NCBI RefSeq assembly: GCF_009914755.1
Contig: NC_060928.1
Length of the DNA: 64,000 nucleotides
DNA from: the human T2T-CHM13v2.0 reference genome, Homo sapiens
Strand: one strand, 5' to 3'
The translations under genes were made by a program, and so were the position numbers. Shown in pieces: positions 33,891 to 48,880 of the stretch (its first letter is position 1; each line of letters begins with the position of its first letter). The notes under the pieces were generated by a model, which had not been told where the DNA came from, made no database searches, and saw only the letters and a list, made by a program, of their open reading frames with translations.

Positions 33891-35378
33891 AGGAACCCTG
33901 AGAACAATGAGTGGAAGGAAGAATAAGAACACGTTGTATAGAAAGTATCATTATAGTGCTTTCATAATGAAAACATTCTAGTCCTGGCAAGGGATGTTTC
34001 CAACAGATGCAATACAGACATCAAAGCTTCTTCACTATAGGACTGTGCATCGCTTGCCTGGGCTTTCCGTATTAGTTCCATAAAGACGTCGTCCTAGCCC
34101 CTTGATATGGCCTGAAATTATCACTTTAAGCATACAACAGGTCCTCTCACATTTACCAGATAAAAAGAATACTACTGAGAATATTACTTTTGCAAAGAAA
34201 TCAATCAGTTTTTTAGAGAATATCAGGCCTCATGTGACTGTCTAAAATCTATGGATTTTCTTTATAAAAATGAAGTTTTAAAAATATTTTTACCTTATTA
34301 AATATTAATTTTGGCATGAATTTTTACAGTTCACTTAAGCTTGCAACACCACAGCCTTCCTGTCTTCCAAAAAAATCAGATGTTTCAAATAATTGATCTT
34401 GTTTTTCCATTGTAGGCTACAATAATTCCCATTATTCAAGTGTTATATGTATTTCTATTTTCTAGCTTTAATTTGGTTCAGAAATAGAATATCTTTTGTT
34501 TTCTTTTGATTATTTCCTGTTTATAGTGCTTAGGATGTCATACTAGGTACATGTTTTACTACGTGTTGCCTTCTCCACCCCATCTCCTTGAGACTTGTGA
34601 AATATCTGCAAATACATATATTTTATAATTTGGCTTTCCATTCTTAATCACTACCTGTCAAAGTGTCTTATAGTCAGTAGACAAACAGTATTTTTGTATA
34701 ATAATTAATCATTATTCTACAGGAACCAAAATCTAGGCTTCTTATATGTCAAGCTTAATCCCAAACCTTGAGACAAATTAACAAATATTCATTTCGTTTT
34801 TATTTCTCTTATTTTTTAACAGCAGCCTTTACATATAGGGTAAATTGGCTTCAACCTGAATAACAAAACTACCCTTGGAAAGATGTGGTCTTAGAATCAA
34901 CCCACAAGTTGAAATTTATAAGCTGGAGAAATATCAAAGTGTGTTTATTACTTTTTGTTTGTTTAGTATAAGCTTGAGTCTAGAAAACACAGTAAGATGT
35001 CAATACACCAGATTTGAAGAGGCATAGGCTATATATGCACACACACACGAGACAGGGAAAGAGAAACTTCTAGTTACTGGCTTGTCCAATAGCTATATTT
35101 ACCAAACATGTTGGTCACCCCATTTTATGAGACATCGAAATGCGCCAAGAGAATCATGAAAATGAGATATTTCTTCCTTGAGGTTAATCAAACTCCAATG
35201 AGTTAACAGGAAATTTGGGGAACTTGTTATGAAATTTTCCACTCTTATGAAGTGTTTATTAACTTTAAAAAAAATGATCATCTTAGAAATGTAGCTAGCC
35301 TCGAAATATCCCTTGATATACTTGTTTAATATGTACATAGCCTTTCTGCTCTTCTCACCTCATTAAAAACCACCAAAA

Positions 35379-35702
<324 letters not shown>

Positions 35703-38700
35703 CTATGTTGAGTAAAGTTAACTTTTATGTCATTGGTTTATTGCTGAAATACTTTTAGGCAACCCTCAATTAGGTTTTATGTGACTTAGTACTGAACTGC
35801 ACTAATACCTTTGGATCAGTAAAGAAGGAAATATGTTAAAAGAATAAAATATACATTTATACCATTTATATCTTGTATTGACTGAAAAATGTCGGATTTC
35901 TGTCTTCTCTAACCTATATAATAATACATTGAAAACAATTCTATTGAAAAAAATAGATGTGCTCAATTAAAATTGCATTACTAATGTTATTCACCATCAG
36001 ATATTAATTCTAAGTGGTTATTTAGCAGAATCAGCACTTTATCTTAACAGGGGGAAAAATTGTCTTTTAATTATAATACTTCGGTCTGTTGAACATTTGA
36101 CTTATTGTTTCTTTTAGATTACAATGACACTCAATCAATTATTTCTAGCATAATTTGAAGCTGAAAAATACTTAATTATAGAGGCAAAGAGAAATAATGT
36201 GTTGCTTGATATTTAAAACTCAAAAATGAACACTAATGCCATTGAGAAGATGAAATTCTAATGTATATCTTTTAAATTGGTACTTTTCATCAATGTTCTG
36301 GAACTCTTTATTAGTTTCATTTTGCTGAAATACTAACACCATCAGCTTTTTGGATATTACAAAGAAAGTAAGTACAGAATATGGTATTTTATTATGCAAT
36401 TATTAACTTTAACTGACTTGGAAAAATAATTATAATTCAAATCAACATATGTTGTATTGGTTGGACTTTTTTGTATATTTAATAAAGTTACTGTATAGGG
36501 ACATAAAAAAGGAAAATTTCATGAATATTATTTAATGCCCTTTTTAACATCAGAGATACTAATAATATTGAGGAAATTAATTTTGCCTTGCCATCAAAAA
36601 CCTTGTAAAATATAAACGTCTATTCCTGAACTACTTCCTATAAAAACGTAATGGAAAGTCAAAAATAAATCTTTCTTTAAGATGTTAAGTAAGGTATTTT
36701 TGAAGCAAATGGAGAAGGTAAGCAGAGATGAAGCAGCTTATTTTTTTAATAGTGTTACACAAATTTATTCATATTATTTTGAGCATCCTATTTATATAGT
36801 GTATGCCATAGTGTTAAAGACAAAACATCTACTCCTCATGACCTTAACCTTTAGTTAAACAGGTGACTAATGCCATCTTAATTCATGTTTAACTCTTTCA
36901 ACAATTATTCAGTAGTCCAGGACAGATTTTATGCACCAAGGGAAACTTAAGAAATAGTTGCTTACTTGAAATCTAATTAAGCCTCTAGTGCATTTATGGT
37001 GAATTCTTTTTGCAGTGGTTGAATATGCATAATTATCAAATTCCTTATATAAGAAATGTGTGTGCATTTTAAAGAAAGTGTTTATTAATAAATAGTAAGA
37101 AGTTTCAAATATTTACTTTGCTGGTTATGAACGTTTTGGAGCAGAAAAAGTAACTCATAATCTCCCATCCTCTCTTCTTTATTTCCCCTCATCAATCCAC
37201 AAGCAAGCAAAATAGTCATGGTTGCATTCCATGCTAATTTGTAATTGTGGCTTTATGCAGTAAAATTAGTTCTTACATAATTCTAAGTACATATAAAAAT
37301 AATTACTCAGAAGTAATTTTTAGCTTTCTGAACTGCTCAGGAGCACAGTACTTGTCAAACATGTAATTCACATGAAACTAATTATTTTGTCATACTATAA
37401 AATATGTATATACATTTAAACATGCTCTATTCCTACAGTTACAAATATGAACATTTTTAAACTGTAAAACACACAAGCTGATCTCTAACATAGTTTTGTG
37501 ATGCTTCATAAACAAATAGACTCACCAACTTGTCTCAAGTTTTACATATTCCAGAAATGCTTTCCTGTTTCAAGTCACAAGTGTATTTGTCCAGACCTTT
37601 CAAAGAAAATAAGCTCCACTGTACTCAAAGAAATTAGTTGTGTTGCTGAAGTAAATGAGGAGGTTTAGTTCTTACAGTGTCAAATCTCAAACCTAATTTT
37701 CCAAAGAAACCTACTTGGTGTACTAATTGGAAAAGTTACCTTCAGTAAGTAACTTAGCCTCTTTGAGAGTCAACCTCATAAACTTTCTCAACAGGAAGGT
37801 AATAACATCTATATATATTGTCATATGCAAAATGTCTCATGTCTACTACATGCTCAATTGGCCCCTTTCTGGTAACACAAGTACAATAAGAAAATTACTC
37901 TAGATAGTCATCCAGCTCTCAGAAAGGTAAAAAACACAGATTGACAGAATAAACTGGAGTCCTGAACTGACATAAGCCCAGCGAAGGTTTGAAAAAACAA
38001 GAAAGAAATAATAACACAATTAATATTTGATAATTAAATGAGAATCTAAGAAGGGGAAATAATATTCTGACAATAAGTAGTAGCATTTAATAAACAGCAA
38101 GTATGCCACAGCCTTACCAGAAAAAAAGAAATTAATTAGAACCAGATTTTTATAAAATTTTATTCTTTCAGATTACTAAGTGGATATAATTCTATAAACT
38201 TGGAATATTTTGTATTACATTTTAGGACAAAATCAATTAAGCTTTATTGCATCTTATAGGTATATTGGAACATTGTCTCACTCAGAAAGTGTAATTCCTG
38301 AAATACTGATAATTTATTTTATTAATAGTAATGCATTTTCTGAATTCCCCTAAAAACAACATATTTACAATTACCTGAATAACTTAAGGGTGTTTTTGGA
38401 ATACAAATATTCTTGAAATATTGACTAATCATTAATCCCCATTTAAATATTTTGTATAGTCTTTCACATAGAAAGAGTACAAAGAAATCTATATAGGTAA
38501 ATTATATATGTAATCTAGTGCTGAAAGCTCTGATCCACTGAAAGTAAAATTTTAGGTGAAGAAGTTAAATCATATTGTATTAAAAATATGTTTAAACATG
38601 GCATATTTTCAATTGCACCAACAAACACATGTCATCTCTCCAGACATGTCAAAGAATATTTGTTTGTGTAAGCAACTTATGAAAGATAATTATTGACTTT

Positions 38701-41217
38701 AAAAACAATTTCTAAAGATGTGTTAAATTAAAACACCAAATTCTGTGAAGGGGTAAGTAGGTAAGAGGCAGTGAAAATATTCTCTTTTACAGTATTGGAA
38801 GAGAGACAATATTGAAATTGGGATGAGATGCATAATTTTTTAAATTGTGGTCTCATTTTTAATTGTCTACTCTTTACTAAATAAAATATAGTTAAAGGTG
38901 TTGAGTTAGATCAGAAATGTAAATTCAAAAATGGCATTTTTTCACTTTGTGAGCAAATTAATGCTCATCACTAGACAGGCATTATTTATGATCTAAATAT
39001 AATTGTATATCATTAGTCATGTAGGTAGACTAGATAGTAACTAGAGCACAAATATATTTACACTATCTCTGAAATCTATGAAAGTCAGGATAATAAAGAA
39101 TCATTAAAGTACTGTTTTCAGGGCAGCTTCACAGATTACTTGGGCCAGTAGGTGTGACATGAAATTTCTTTTCATTTCTCTGGGTACAATAGATCATGTA
39201 AATGACCCATTCTTTCATATAGCTTTGGAATATTACATATTTAGCCCTGATTTCTTTTTACACCCCATAGAGATTTAAAAGTGTGTTAAAATGACAGCGA
39301 GATTAGAGACACTTGTTGTAAGTTTCTCTTTCTTGCAAAAGGAGTTGTGAGCACTCATAGAGAAAAAAAAGTAGATTTGAGGGAATCAAATGGTAGAAAA
39401 GAATTAGTAGTAGGACTAACCCAGGAACAGGGAATTTAATAGGACAGCATATGCATCTCTGACTAGTACAAGAACTAAAGGAAGAAAATAGAATTATGGA
39501 CATCTTTAGCCGAATAAAGTATCTACCACTACTTTCATAGGAAGAAATGCTTGTTGTTATCGAGCTAAGAATTTAAAAACCAAAAACAAATGAATAAACC
39601 AAGAAAACGTTACATAAACTGACTCTGGTGTCAATATAGACCATTAAGACTTGGAAGATACAATTTTGCATATATGTCTGAGATAAACCTGGAAATGCCT
39701 AAGAAAAATATTTTTCAGAGAGCAGAGATGGTTATCACAACTATAGGTTCCACAAGGGTAGTAAAACACCAGGTTTGAAATATAAAACACCTAAGTCACA
39801 GGGTAAAGGAAAAGACAGGCTTCATTCAGAAGTACCTATTTAATTAGCAAACAACTCCTTGCTTCATATTCAATCAGATATGCACTTTGGGGGTGATATG
39901 GAGATTGGACTATAAGCAGGAAAAAGCATGATACCAGTATAAGAAGTTTCTCCAATTACAAATCCAAATATATCTTTGCTTAGAAAAATTTGAAGATTAA
40001 AATATAGATATTTCTCATATTCATAATTTTTAGAGAAAGAATAATTTATTCAAAACTGAAAGAAAAAAAGAAGGATATTCAACAAGGTGTCAAGTTCTGT
40101 TTTTAGAGAGACTTCTATTGTTAATCTAACAGGTATAGTTGCAATTATAATGATTTTAATAGATAAAACAAAAAATTGAGTTGTCAGGTAGTAAAATTGC
40201 TTGAGGCAGAAGTATTTGGGGTTTGTTTTTGTTTTGTCATCTCTATTTTCCCTGTTCTAATAAATTATTCTTGAATCCCAAAACATTGAAAGTATAATAT
40301 TCATATTTCAACATAATGAAACCAAATAATTTCTTATCATGAATGTACCATATAATATTACTTGTACTATAAATTCTCTAACTTCTGATTAAGGTTTCCA
40401 AAGCTATAGCAATGCAAGTGACTTGATTCCAGATGAATAATGTCAAGCTCAGTAAAAATTATTAAGCTCTGGTGTCTGCAGAACGTTACAGCACTTGTTT
40501 TATATTGTACACATCGAGAATACTCAAGGGAGAATAAACTCTTATATAATCATTATTAAATATTTATTAGTCACAGCTTAAAATTTCATTAATTGTATTA
40601 CCATAGAAAACTATTTCCCAAACACAACACTTTTAAGTTTTATAATTAAAACTTTGGATGTCAATATCCTTCTAGCTTAAGGTAGCAGGTATTAAATGCT
40701 TGTCTGGTAGTGAAAACTTATTGCCATTTAATTTTTCCATTTATAACATAAACAACTTTTTATATCTTTCCTTTCAAAATTATCCCTTTGAATACTTTAA
40801 AACTATTGTTTTCTTACTAAGATAGCAAAACAAACCAGAAGCAGAATAAAATACGAGATATATAAATTAAGTAAAATGAAGCACATTGATGACTTTACAC
40901 TACAAGTTAGAAAAAAGCACTATTTTGGAATTCAGGACATAAAAATTATTTGTTTGCATTTTTTTCCCTATTCAGGACAAATACTTAATGACAATGAGAA
41001 GAAAATAAGAGAAATAAAATGCTTTGATTGTCTACAATGTCAATGATCTAAACACCTACAAATATCACTGTAAAGTACTGAAATTGATTTGCAAAACCTC
41101 AACATACTAATAGACCAATATGGTCATAAATTAAAAACTTGAAAAAAAGAGAAAATCAAAAAATAATAAACATCTCGGGACTGCCTATTAGATGTGCCTT
41201 CATAATTCTGTTTGTGA

Positions 41218-41538
<321 letters not shown>

Positions 41539-42312
41539 GAGACTTTCAATTGTTGATAATGTTCCACAGTCAAAACTGGCTTGAGCTACAAATGTAACTC
41601 ATCTAACAATTTCAAAGGTTAGTTTTGTTGTTGTTGTTGTTGTTTTGCTAGGGATTTGGTTTTGTTTTTAACGAAGACAAATGTCAATACTGCTCATATC
41701 ACATTGTCCTGTTACTTATTATGGATGCATCAGGGTGAATACATTTCTAAGGTATGTTATATAAATGCTGAAGCAGGTGATAAGCTGCAAGGCTTATCAA
41801 GAAAAGCTAACTTTATTCAAAGATGTATTAAATGAATGCTGTAAATTCAGGGCCAGAAGACAAATAGCTATTTTCTCATTTGTAATTTCTGGGAACAATT
41901 ATTCTCCTATTTAAAGAAAGTCCATCTCTTCTCCTACAAGAAATTCCACATCCCAAGGAAACAGGTTAATACTACATGTCTATTTCCAATTAACTCTTCT
42001 CAAAAATATATTTTCACTTCTCTGAAATGAATAAAATATAAATAAAAATAATATAAACATATCTACAAACATACTACCCATAATCACCAACAAGCCTATA
42101 CAGATTTTGTGGGATCTAAATTTATAAAATTTGAAAGACCTTTGGTCTTAAAAAGAATACAAACATAGGAGTAAAAAATTAGGTGCAAAGTGAATATTTC
42201 TTTAAAATTATCAAAATAATCAAAATGAACTTCAAATTGTAAAGTGTTGCATAATATTGCTAATAAGAAAAAGGACACACTATTATTTTTCTTCTGATAT
42301 ACAAGCATACTT

Positions 42313-44633
42313 TGTATTAGTTTGTTCTCACACTGCTATAAAGAAATACCTGAGTCTGAGTAATTTACAGAAGAAAGAGGTTTAATTGACTCACAGCACT
42401 GCAGGGCTAGGGAGGCCTTAAGAAACTTACAATCATGGAGGAAGGGGAAGCAAACATATCCTTCTTCACATGGTGGCAGCAAGAAGTGCAGAGTGAAGTG
42501 GGGGAAAGCCCCTTATGAAACCATCAGATCTTGTCAGAACTCACTCACTGTCATGCAAATAGCATGGAGGTAACTACCTCCATGATTCAATTACCTCCCA
42601 CAATGTCCCTCCCATGACATGTTGTGGTAACTACACAATTCAAGATGATATTCGGGTGGAGACACAGCCAAACCATATGATTCTCCCTCTAACCCCTCCC
42701 AAATATTATGTTCTCACATTTCAAAACACAATCATGCCTTTCCAACAGTCTCTCAAAGTCTGAACTCATTTCAGCATTAATTGAAAATATCAAGTCCAAG
42801 GTCTCATCTGAGACAAGGCAAGTGTCTTCTGCCCATGAGCCAGTAAAACTGAAAGCAAATTAGTTAATTCCTGGATACAATGAGGGTACAGGTATTGGGT
42901 AAATACATCCACTCCAAATTGGAGAAATTCACCAAAACAAAGGGGCTACAGGCCCCATACAAGTTCAAAATCTAATAGGGTAGTCATTAAATCTTAAAGT
43001 TCCAAAATGACCTCCTTTAACCCCATGTCTCACATCCAGGGCACACTGATGCAAGAGGTGGGCTTCCACAGCTTTCAGGAGCCCTGCCCTGTGGCTCTGC
43101 AGGATACAGCCAAGTCTCCTGGCTGCTTTCACAGGCTCACATTGAGTGTCTGTGGCTTTTCCAGGAACACAGTGCAAGTTGTCAGTGGATCTACCATTCT
43201 GGGGTCTGGAGGATGGTGGCCCTCTTCTCACAACTTCACTATGCAGTGTGCCAGTTGGGACCCTGTGTGGGTGCACCAACCCCACATTTCCCTTCTGTAC
43301 TACCCTGGCAGAGGTTCTCCATGAGGGCTCTGCCCCTGCAACGAACTTCTGCTTGAACATCGCGCATTTCCATACATCTTCTGAAGTCTAGGTGGAGGTT
43401 CCCAAACCTAAATTCTTGTCTTCTGTGCAACTGCAGGACAAACACCATGTGGAAACTGCCAAGGCATGGAGCTTGCACCCTCTGAAGCAGTGGTATGAGT
43501 TGACCTTGGACCCTTTTACCCATGGATGGACCTGAAGCAACTGAGACACATGGCACCATGTCCTGAAGATGCACAGAGCAAGAGTTCCTGGGCCCAGTCC
43601 ATGAAAGCATTTTTTTTCCTCCTAGGCCTCTAGGGCTGTGATAGGAGGGGCTGCAATGAAGGTCTCTGATATGTCCTGAAGACATTTTTTCCATGTTGTT
43701 GGTGAATAACATTCGACTCCTCATTGCTTATGCAAATTTCTTAAATTTCTCCTCAGAAAATGGGTTTTTCTTTTCTATCACATCATCAGACTGTAAATTT
43801 TCCAAGCTTTTATGCTCTGTTTCATCTTGAAGGCTTTGCAACTTAGAAATTTCTTCCACCACATACTCTAAGTAATCTGCCTCAAGTTCAAAGTTCCACA
43901 GATCTCTAGGGCAGGGGCAAAATGCTGCCAGTCTCTTTGCATAACAAGAGTGACTTTCACTTGATTTCACAACAAGTTTCTCATCTCCATCTGAGACCGT
44001 ATCAGCCTGTACTTCATTGTCCATATGACTTTCAACATTTTGGACAAAGCCATTTAACAAGTCTCAAGAAAGTTCCAAACTGCCTCACATCTCTCTGTCT
44101 CCTGAGCCCTCCAAGTCTTTAGGAAGTTTTGAACTTTCCCACGTTGTTCTGTCTTCTTCTGAGCCCTCCAAACTGTTCCAACCTCTGCTTGTTACCCAGT
44201 TCTGAAGTAGCTTCCATATTTGGAGCTACTTTTAAAGCAGTACCCCACTCATGATACCAATTTTCTGTATTAGTCTGTTCTCAGGCTACTGTGAAGAAAT
44301 ACCTGAGAATGGGTAATTTATAAAGAAAAGAGCCTTAATTGACTCACAATCCTGCAGGGCTGGGAAGGCCTCAGGAAGCTTACAATCATGGCAGGAGAAG
44401 CAAACACTTCCTCCTTCACATGGCAGTAGCAAAGCAGAGCACAAAGTGAAGAGTGTGGGTGGAAGCCCTTTATACATAAGATCTCATAACTCACTCACTA
44501 TTATGAGAATATCATAGAGATAACCACCCCCATGATTCAATTACCTCCCACCAGGTCTCTCTCACAACACATGGGGATCATAGGAACTACATTCAAGATG
44601 ATATTTGGGTGAGGACACAGCCAAATCATATCA
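42313..44633 (-). mobile_element. Full-length THE1 (THE1C/D-like) MaLR: LTR 42313-42680, internal region, LTR 44266-44633
   Basis: Two THE1 LTRs and an internal region homologous to 11521-13042; perfect TSD TACTT at 42308-42312 and 44634-44638. Confidence 0.95.
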
Positions 44634-45488
44634 TACTTCATTTTTCCACACCTTATTGCACATCACAAACATTGATTTTTTATAAAATAAAGTTTTGTGG
44701 CAACGTGCATCAAGCAAGTCTATTGACTCCATTTTTCCAAAAGCATGTGCTGACTTCATGTCTCTGTATCACATTTTTGTAATTTTCATAATATTTCAAA
44801 ATTTTTCATTATTATTATACCTGTTATGATTATCTGTGATCAGTGATCATTGATGTTTCTATTATAATTGTTTTGAGGTACAATAAATGATGCTCATTAA
44901 GACTGTCAACTTAATTGACAAATATTATGTGTGTTCTGACTGCTCCACTGACCAATTTTCTCCCCATCCCCTTTCCTAAGTGCTGCCAAATCTGTCTGGC
45001 AGACTCTGGCTGAGTAACAGATGAAAGAAGTATGCTGACACAGGTATTTTGCCTGACAGCCTGTCTAGGGGACTGCACTGCTTAGCACCACCAATGAGAG
45101 TGCAGCACCACCAATGAGAATGCAGCAGCAGCAACAGCAGCAGCCCCCCTAAGCCAAAGATGATTGCATTTATTTAGTACAGATTTAATGACAAAGGCTT
45201 GGTGCAAACACAATTTGTGGGTAATTAACATTGCCGACCCCCCCAGTAGAGAGCAGTCCTGCAGCGAATGATCAAAGGTTGGTTTCTGGAGACATAAGTA
45301 AACAGATTTATCGAGATAAGTTCCTTTACATTCCCTTATTATCTACCCTTTGCTCTCAGTTTCTGGATAAGAGAATTAGCTGCCTTCAGCTTAATCCTCT
45401 CCTGAAGCTTTTTCAAAATCTTCCAGCCTTCCAAGAAAGTTTTCATCTTTCATATAATTTTTCCCACCACCCTGACCAATCTCCTTCA

Positions 45489-47420
45489 TCTCCCTCTTTT
45501 CTGTTTTTTGTTTGTTTGTTTTGCATCAGGTTTTGTTGATTGAAGAGTACAGATGTGTGCAGCAACAGGTTTGTCAAGCACAGTGATTATAACTTGTATT
45601 CTGGCTTTGCAACATAGAATTACTAAATAACATAAGACAAACATGAGTATAATCAGCAATATTCTTTTCCAATCAAGAAGTGACCCCCAGGAGCGGGGGT
45701 CTATCCAAGAGAGATGTTCTCTCACATCCTTCCATATGGCTGTTTGTTGGGTGTATAGACTATGGCATTTAGGGATTCTAGAATTTTAGTCTTAAGTTGC
45801 CTTACATCTGCTGTTAAATTATCCTGTAAGGTTCCCCAGAGGTGTTGTTTCACCTTATCCCAACTACGTATTGATTGATTCCAAGGTTGAGAGGTGACAC
45901 AGATATGCTTATGCTTCCAGTCACAGTTTAATTACTGTTTGAATGCCAGTGCATCTTGCCGCTCCCCTACATATTCCAAGGCAGGCTTGAGGGCTTGCAG
46001 GCATGTAAGAATCTTTTGATCTGTATCCTGCTGTAAGAGAAGCTTGTTAGACACATTTCTGGCCAAGCTATCTACAAAGGTAGCTGTTTGTGCTGATTCA
46101 GTAAAAGAGGCCACAGCAACACTACCAGTTGCCAAGATGACTATGGCTGAGACTATAAAGGCTATAAGTGTGCCTATGAATCTTTTGTGTCTGACCTGGG
46201 ACAGGGCACGTTCTAAGGTGGCAAGAGCAGAGGAACCTTGCCAGTTGCGTGTTAAATTGACTGGTAGGAATGCCTCAGATTGTCTCCTTAATACCATGAC
46301 ACTAGTAATATTTAAATTAGATATATTGTAATTAGTGATACATGAGGCAAACCAAGCCTCTCCTTGCACTCAGGTCACAAGTGTGGAGTTTCGGGGTGTA
46401 ATGGAAATATTGGTTCCCATAAGGAAAACATATGAATGGGTAGTGCAAATCAGGCATTGATCTGTGTGATTATGAATAACGGTCATAGTATAGTTGTTAC
46501 TGGAATTATGATATGTCCCATGCCAGGTATTAAGGGAGGTGCTAAGATGTCCCAGGTGCCGTAAAGTGTTTTAGGGTGGCATGGACTCTATTTGGGGTCT
46601 GGGATGTCCCATCCCCCCATTGGCCCAAATCATAAGGGAATGGGATGTGGCTATGAAATTGTGATCAAAGCCACGATGGATGCAGACATCAGTATGGTCG
46701 CCCTGCAAATGGCAGTGGGAGTCTAAGATGTTATAATTGCCTAACTGGAGGCTATGGGCTTCTCCCCTGTGGTAGACCTCTCAGCCATAGTGGAATTCAT
46801 TACTTTTCTGGCTACATCCTTTTGCACAAGAAGGAATGTTGGAGAAAGTGGCATTAGTTGCATTGCCCAGTTTGAGGCTACCTTCAACAAAGAATGTTAA
46901 GACATTTCCTTTGCCCTTATGTAGCCATAATTGTGTTTGGGCAGGTATACAGTAAGGGTTAGAACTTTTATAACTTACACACAGTGGGAGGATAGTGGAG
47001 TGATATGTAGTTTTACCTGGCACCTTAGTCCAATGCATGTCATTAATGAGGGACCCCATTGAGAGTAAGTCAATCCCTCCTAGCCAAGCAGTTATATTAT
47101 TAGAGGCTGGGAAGGGGGTGTCCGCCCAGGTAACAGAGTGGAAGAAGGGTGGATCTAAGAGATGAGGCCAATAGAATGTAGCAGGTACGGGTTGCAGACA
47201 AAATGAGAGCATAAAAAGGATCAATACCGTATGCAAATTGCAATGTACAACAGAGAGCATAGCAAGGAACAAATTATGTGGAGTGAATGGTGAATGGTGT
47301 CTGTATCCAGTGCAGGATTCACTCAGCCTCCTGAGTTGTCTTTGTCAGCATCCCCCAGGTGATGTTCGGGGCTTGTGTCATCTGAGGAAGCCACATTGTC
47401 TGGGACTGTGGGTCTTGCAG
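45489..47420 (-). pseudogene. env: Disrupted env of the HML-5 provirus
   Basis: Signal region MFLAMLSVVHC; furin site and fusion peptide RHKR/FIGTLIAFIVSAIVIL; TM anchor ILLIILMFVLCYLVILCC. Confidence 0.88.
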
Positions 47421-48880
47421 GGTCATTTCCTTCATTTCTAGTACCAGGTTGGGTCCTAGCCATGCCATGGTATGGTTTAATGCATCGTGCTGGAATCCAA
47501 GGAGGGCCTGAGGGGGTGTGAACATAAGCATATCCTCTTTCCCATGTTAGCAAATCATTTGGACAATGCCATACATTAACATTTACATCCTTCCATAAAA
47601 CTGCAGGTTTTATGTCTTAAGAGGTTTTAGAAAGTGTTTTTCTATAGCTGATTGAAATTTATGATGTAAATTTTAAAAATTAAGGTAAATAAGGCTTGTG
47701 CTAATAGTGTTGCAGGGTCCTTACTCATATTCCCCCTTTTTTGTTTTCTGAGCATATTTTTAAGAGTAGAATGAACACGTTCTACTGTGGCCTGTCCTTG
47801 GGGGATATATGGGATGCCTGTAGAATGTTGGATGTTCCACATGTGACAAAATTGTTGAAACTGTGAGCTGATGTAAGCCAGACCATTATCAGTTTTAATT
47901 TTTGTGGGCTGCCCCATAAATTCAAAAGTTGAGAGAAGATGTTTAATAACATATCAGGTGGACTCTCCAGGAAGAGCATAAGCACTAATTAAGTGAGAAT
48001 TGGTATCAACAGATACATGTACATATCTAAGTTTTCCAAATTCAGGGACATGAGTAACATCTGTTTGCCATAACTGATTAAGTTCTAGTCCTCTAGGGTT
48101 AATACCTGTTGAAGGAGGGGACATACCTATGAGCTGGCAATCTGGGCATTGCAGGATAATATGTTTAGCTAGTCTTTGGGTTAACTGAAAAGGTTTAGTT
48201 AAGTTTCTCCAATTTTGGTGGAAAAATTGATGTGATTGAGTGGGTGGGTCAAGCACTGATGTCATAACTTGCAAGTCGGCTTGATTATTGCCAAAAGCCA
48301 GTGGACCAGGCAGTGAGCTGTGGGCTCGAATATGTGTGATAAAAATAAGATGTGTAGATCTAGCAGTTGCTGAAGTAGAAGAAAAAGTGCACACAGGGTG
48401 GGCTCAAGAGTAGACTTAATGAGGGCTGTCTCAAGGTTCTGTAATAAATAAACAGAGTAAGCAGAGTCACTAACAATATTGATAGGCTGAGTGGAAAAGG
48501 TCTCCAAGGCCAATATTAAGGCTCCAACCTCAGCTCTTTGAGTGCTAGTAAATCCAGAAGGAGTAAGAGCCAATCTTGAGGAATCACTGTGGGGAATTGT
48601 TGAAGGGGCCCCATAGGTTGCAAATTAGCATTAATAGCTTGTAAGTCATGAAAAAGTCTCCCTTTGCCAGACCTTTTGGGAATGACGAAAATGGGTGAAT
48701 TCCAAGGGCTGTTTGATGGTTCTATATGGCTGGCTTTTGGTTGCTCCTCAACTAATTCATAGGCTCTTTGTAATTTCTCTCCCTTTAAAGGCCACTGCTT
48801 TACCCAAATTGGATCTTGAGAGAGCCACATTAAGGGTATGGGCGGAATAATAACAGTGGCCATTATTAGAAAGGGGTCTA
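47320..48880 (-). pseudogene. pol: Disrupted pol of the HML-5 provirus with most of RT deleted
   Basis: RT N-terminus (QWPL, SPWNSPIFVIPK) abuts RNase H (STQRAE, VSDSAY); integrase HQFFHQN...CPDC, WQTDVTH, KTDNG, PQGQATVER. Confidence 0.9.

Noticed and set aside
44068-44172. About 45-bp tandem duplication in the THE1 internal region
   Set aside because: I recall this as a variant shared by many THE1 internal sequences, so it is probably inherited rather than locus-specific; not verified.
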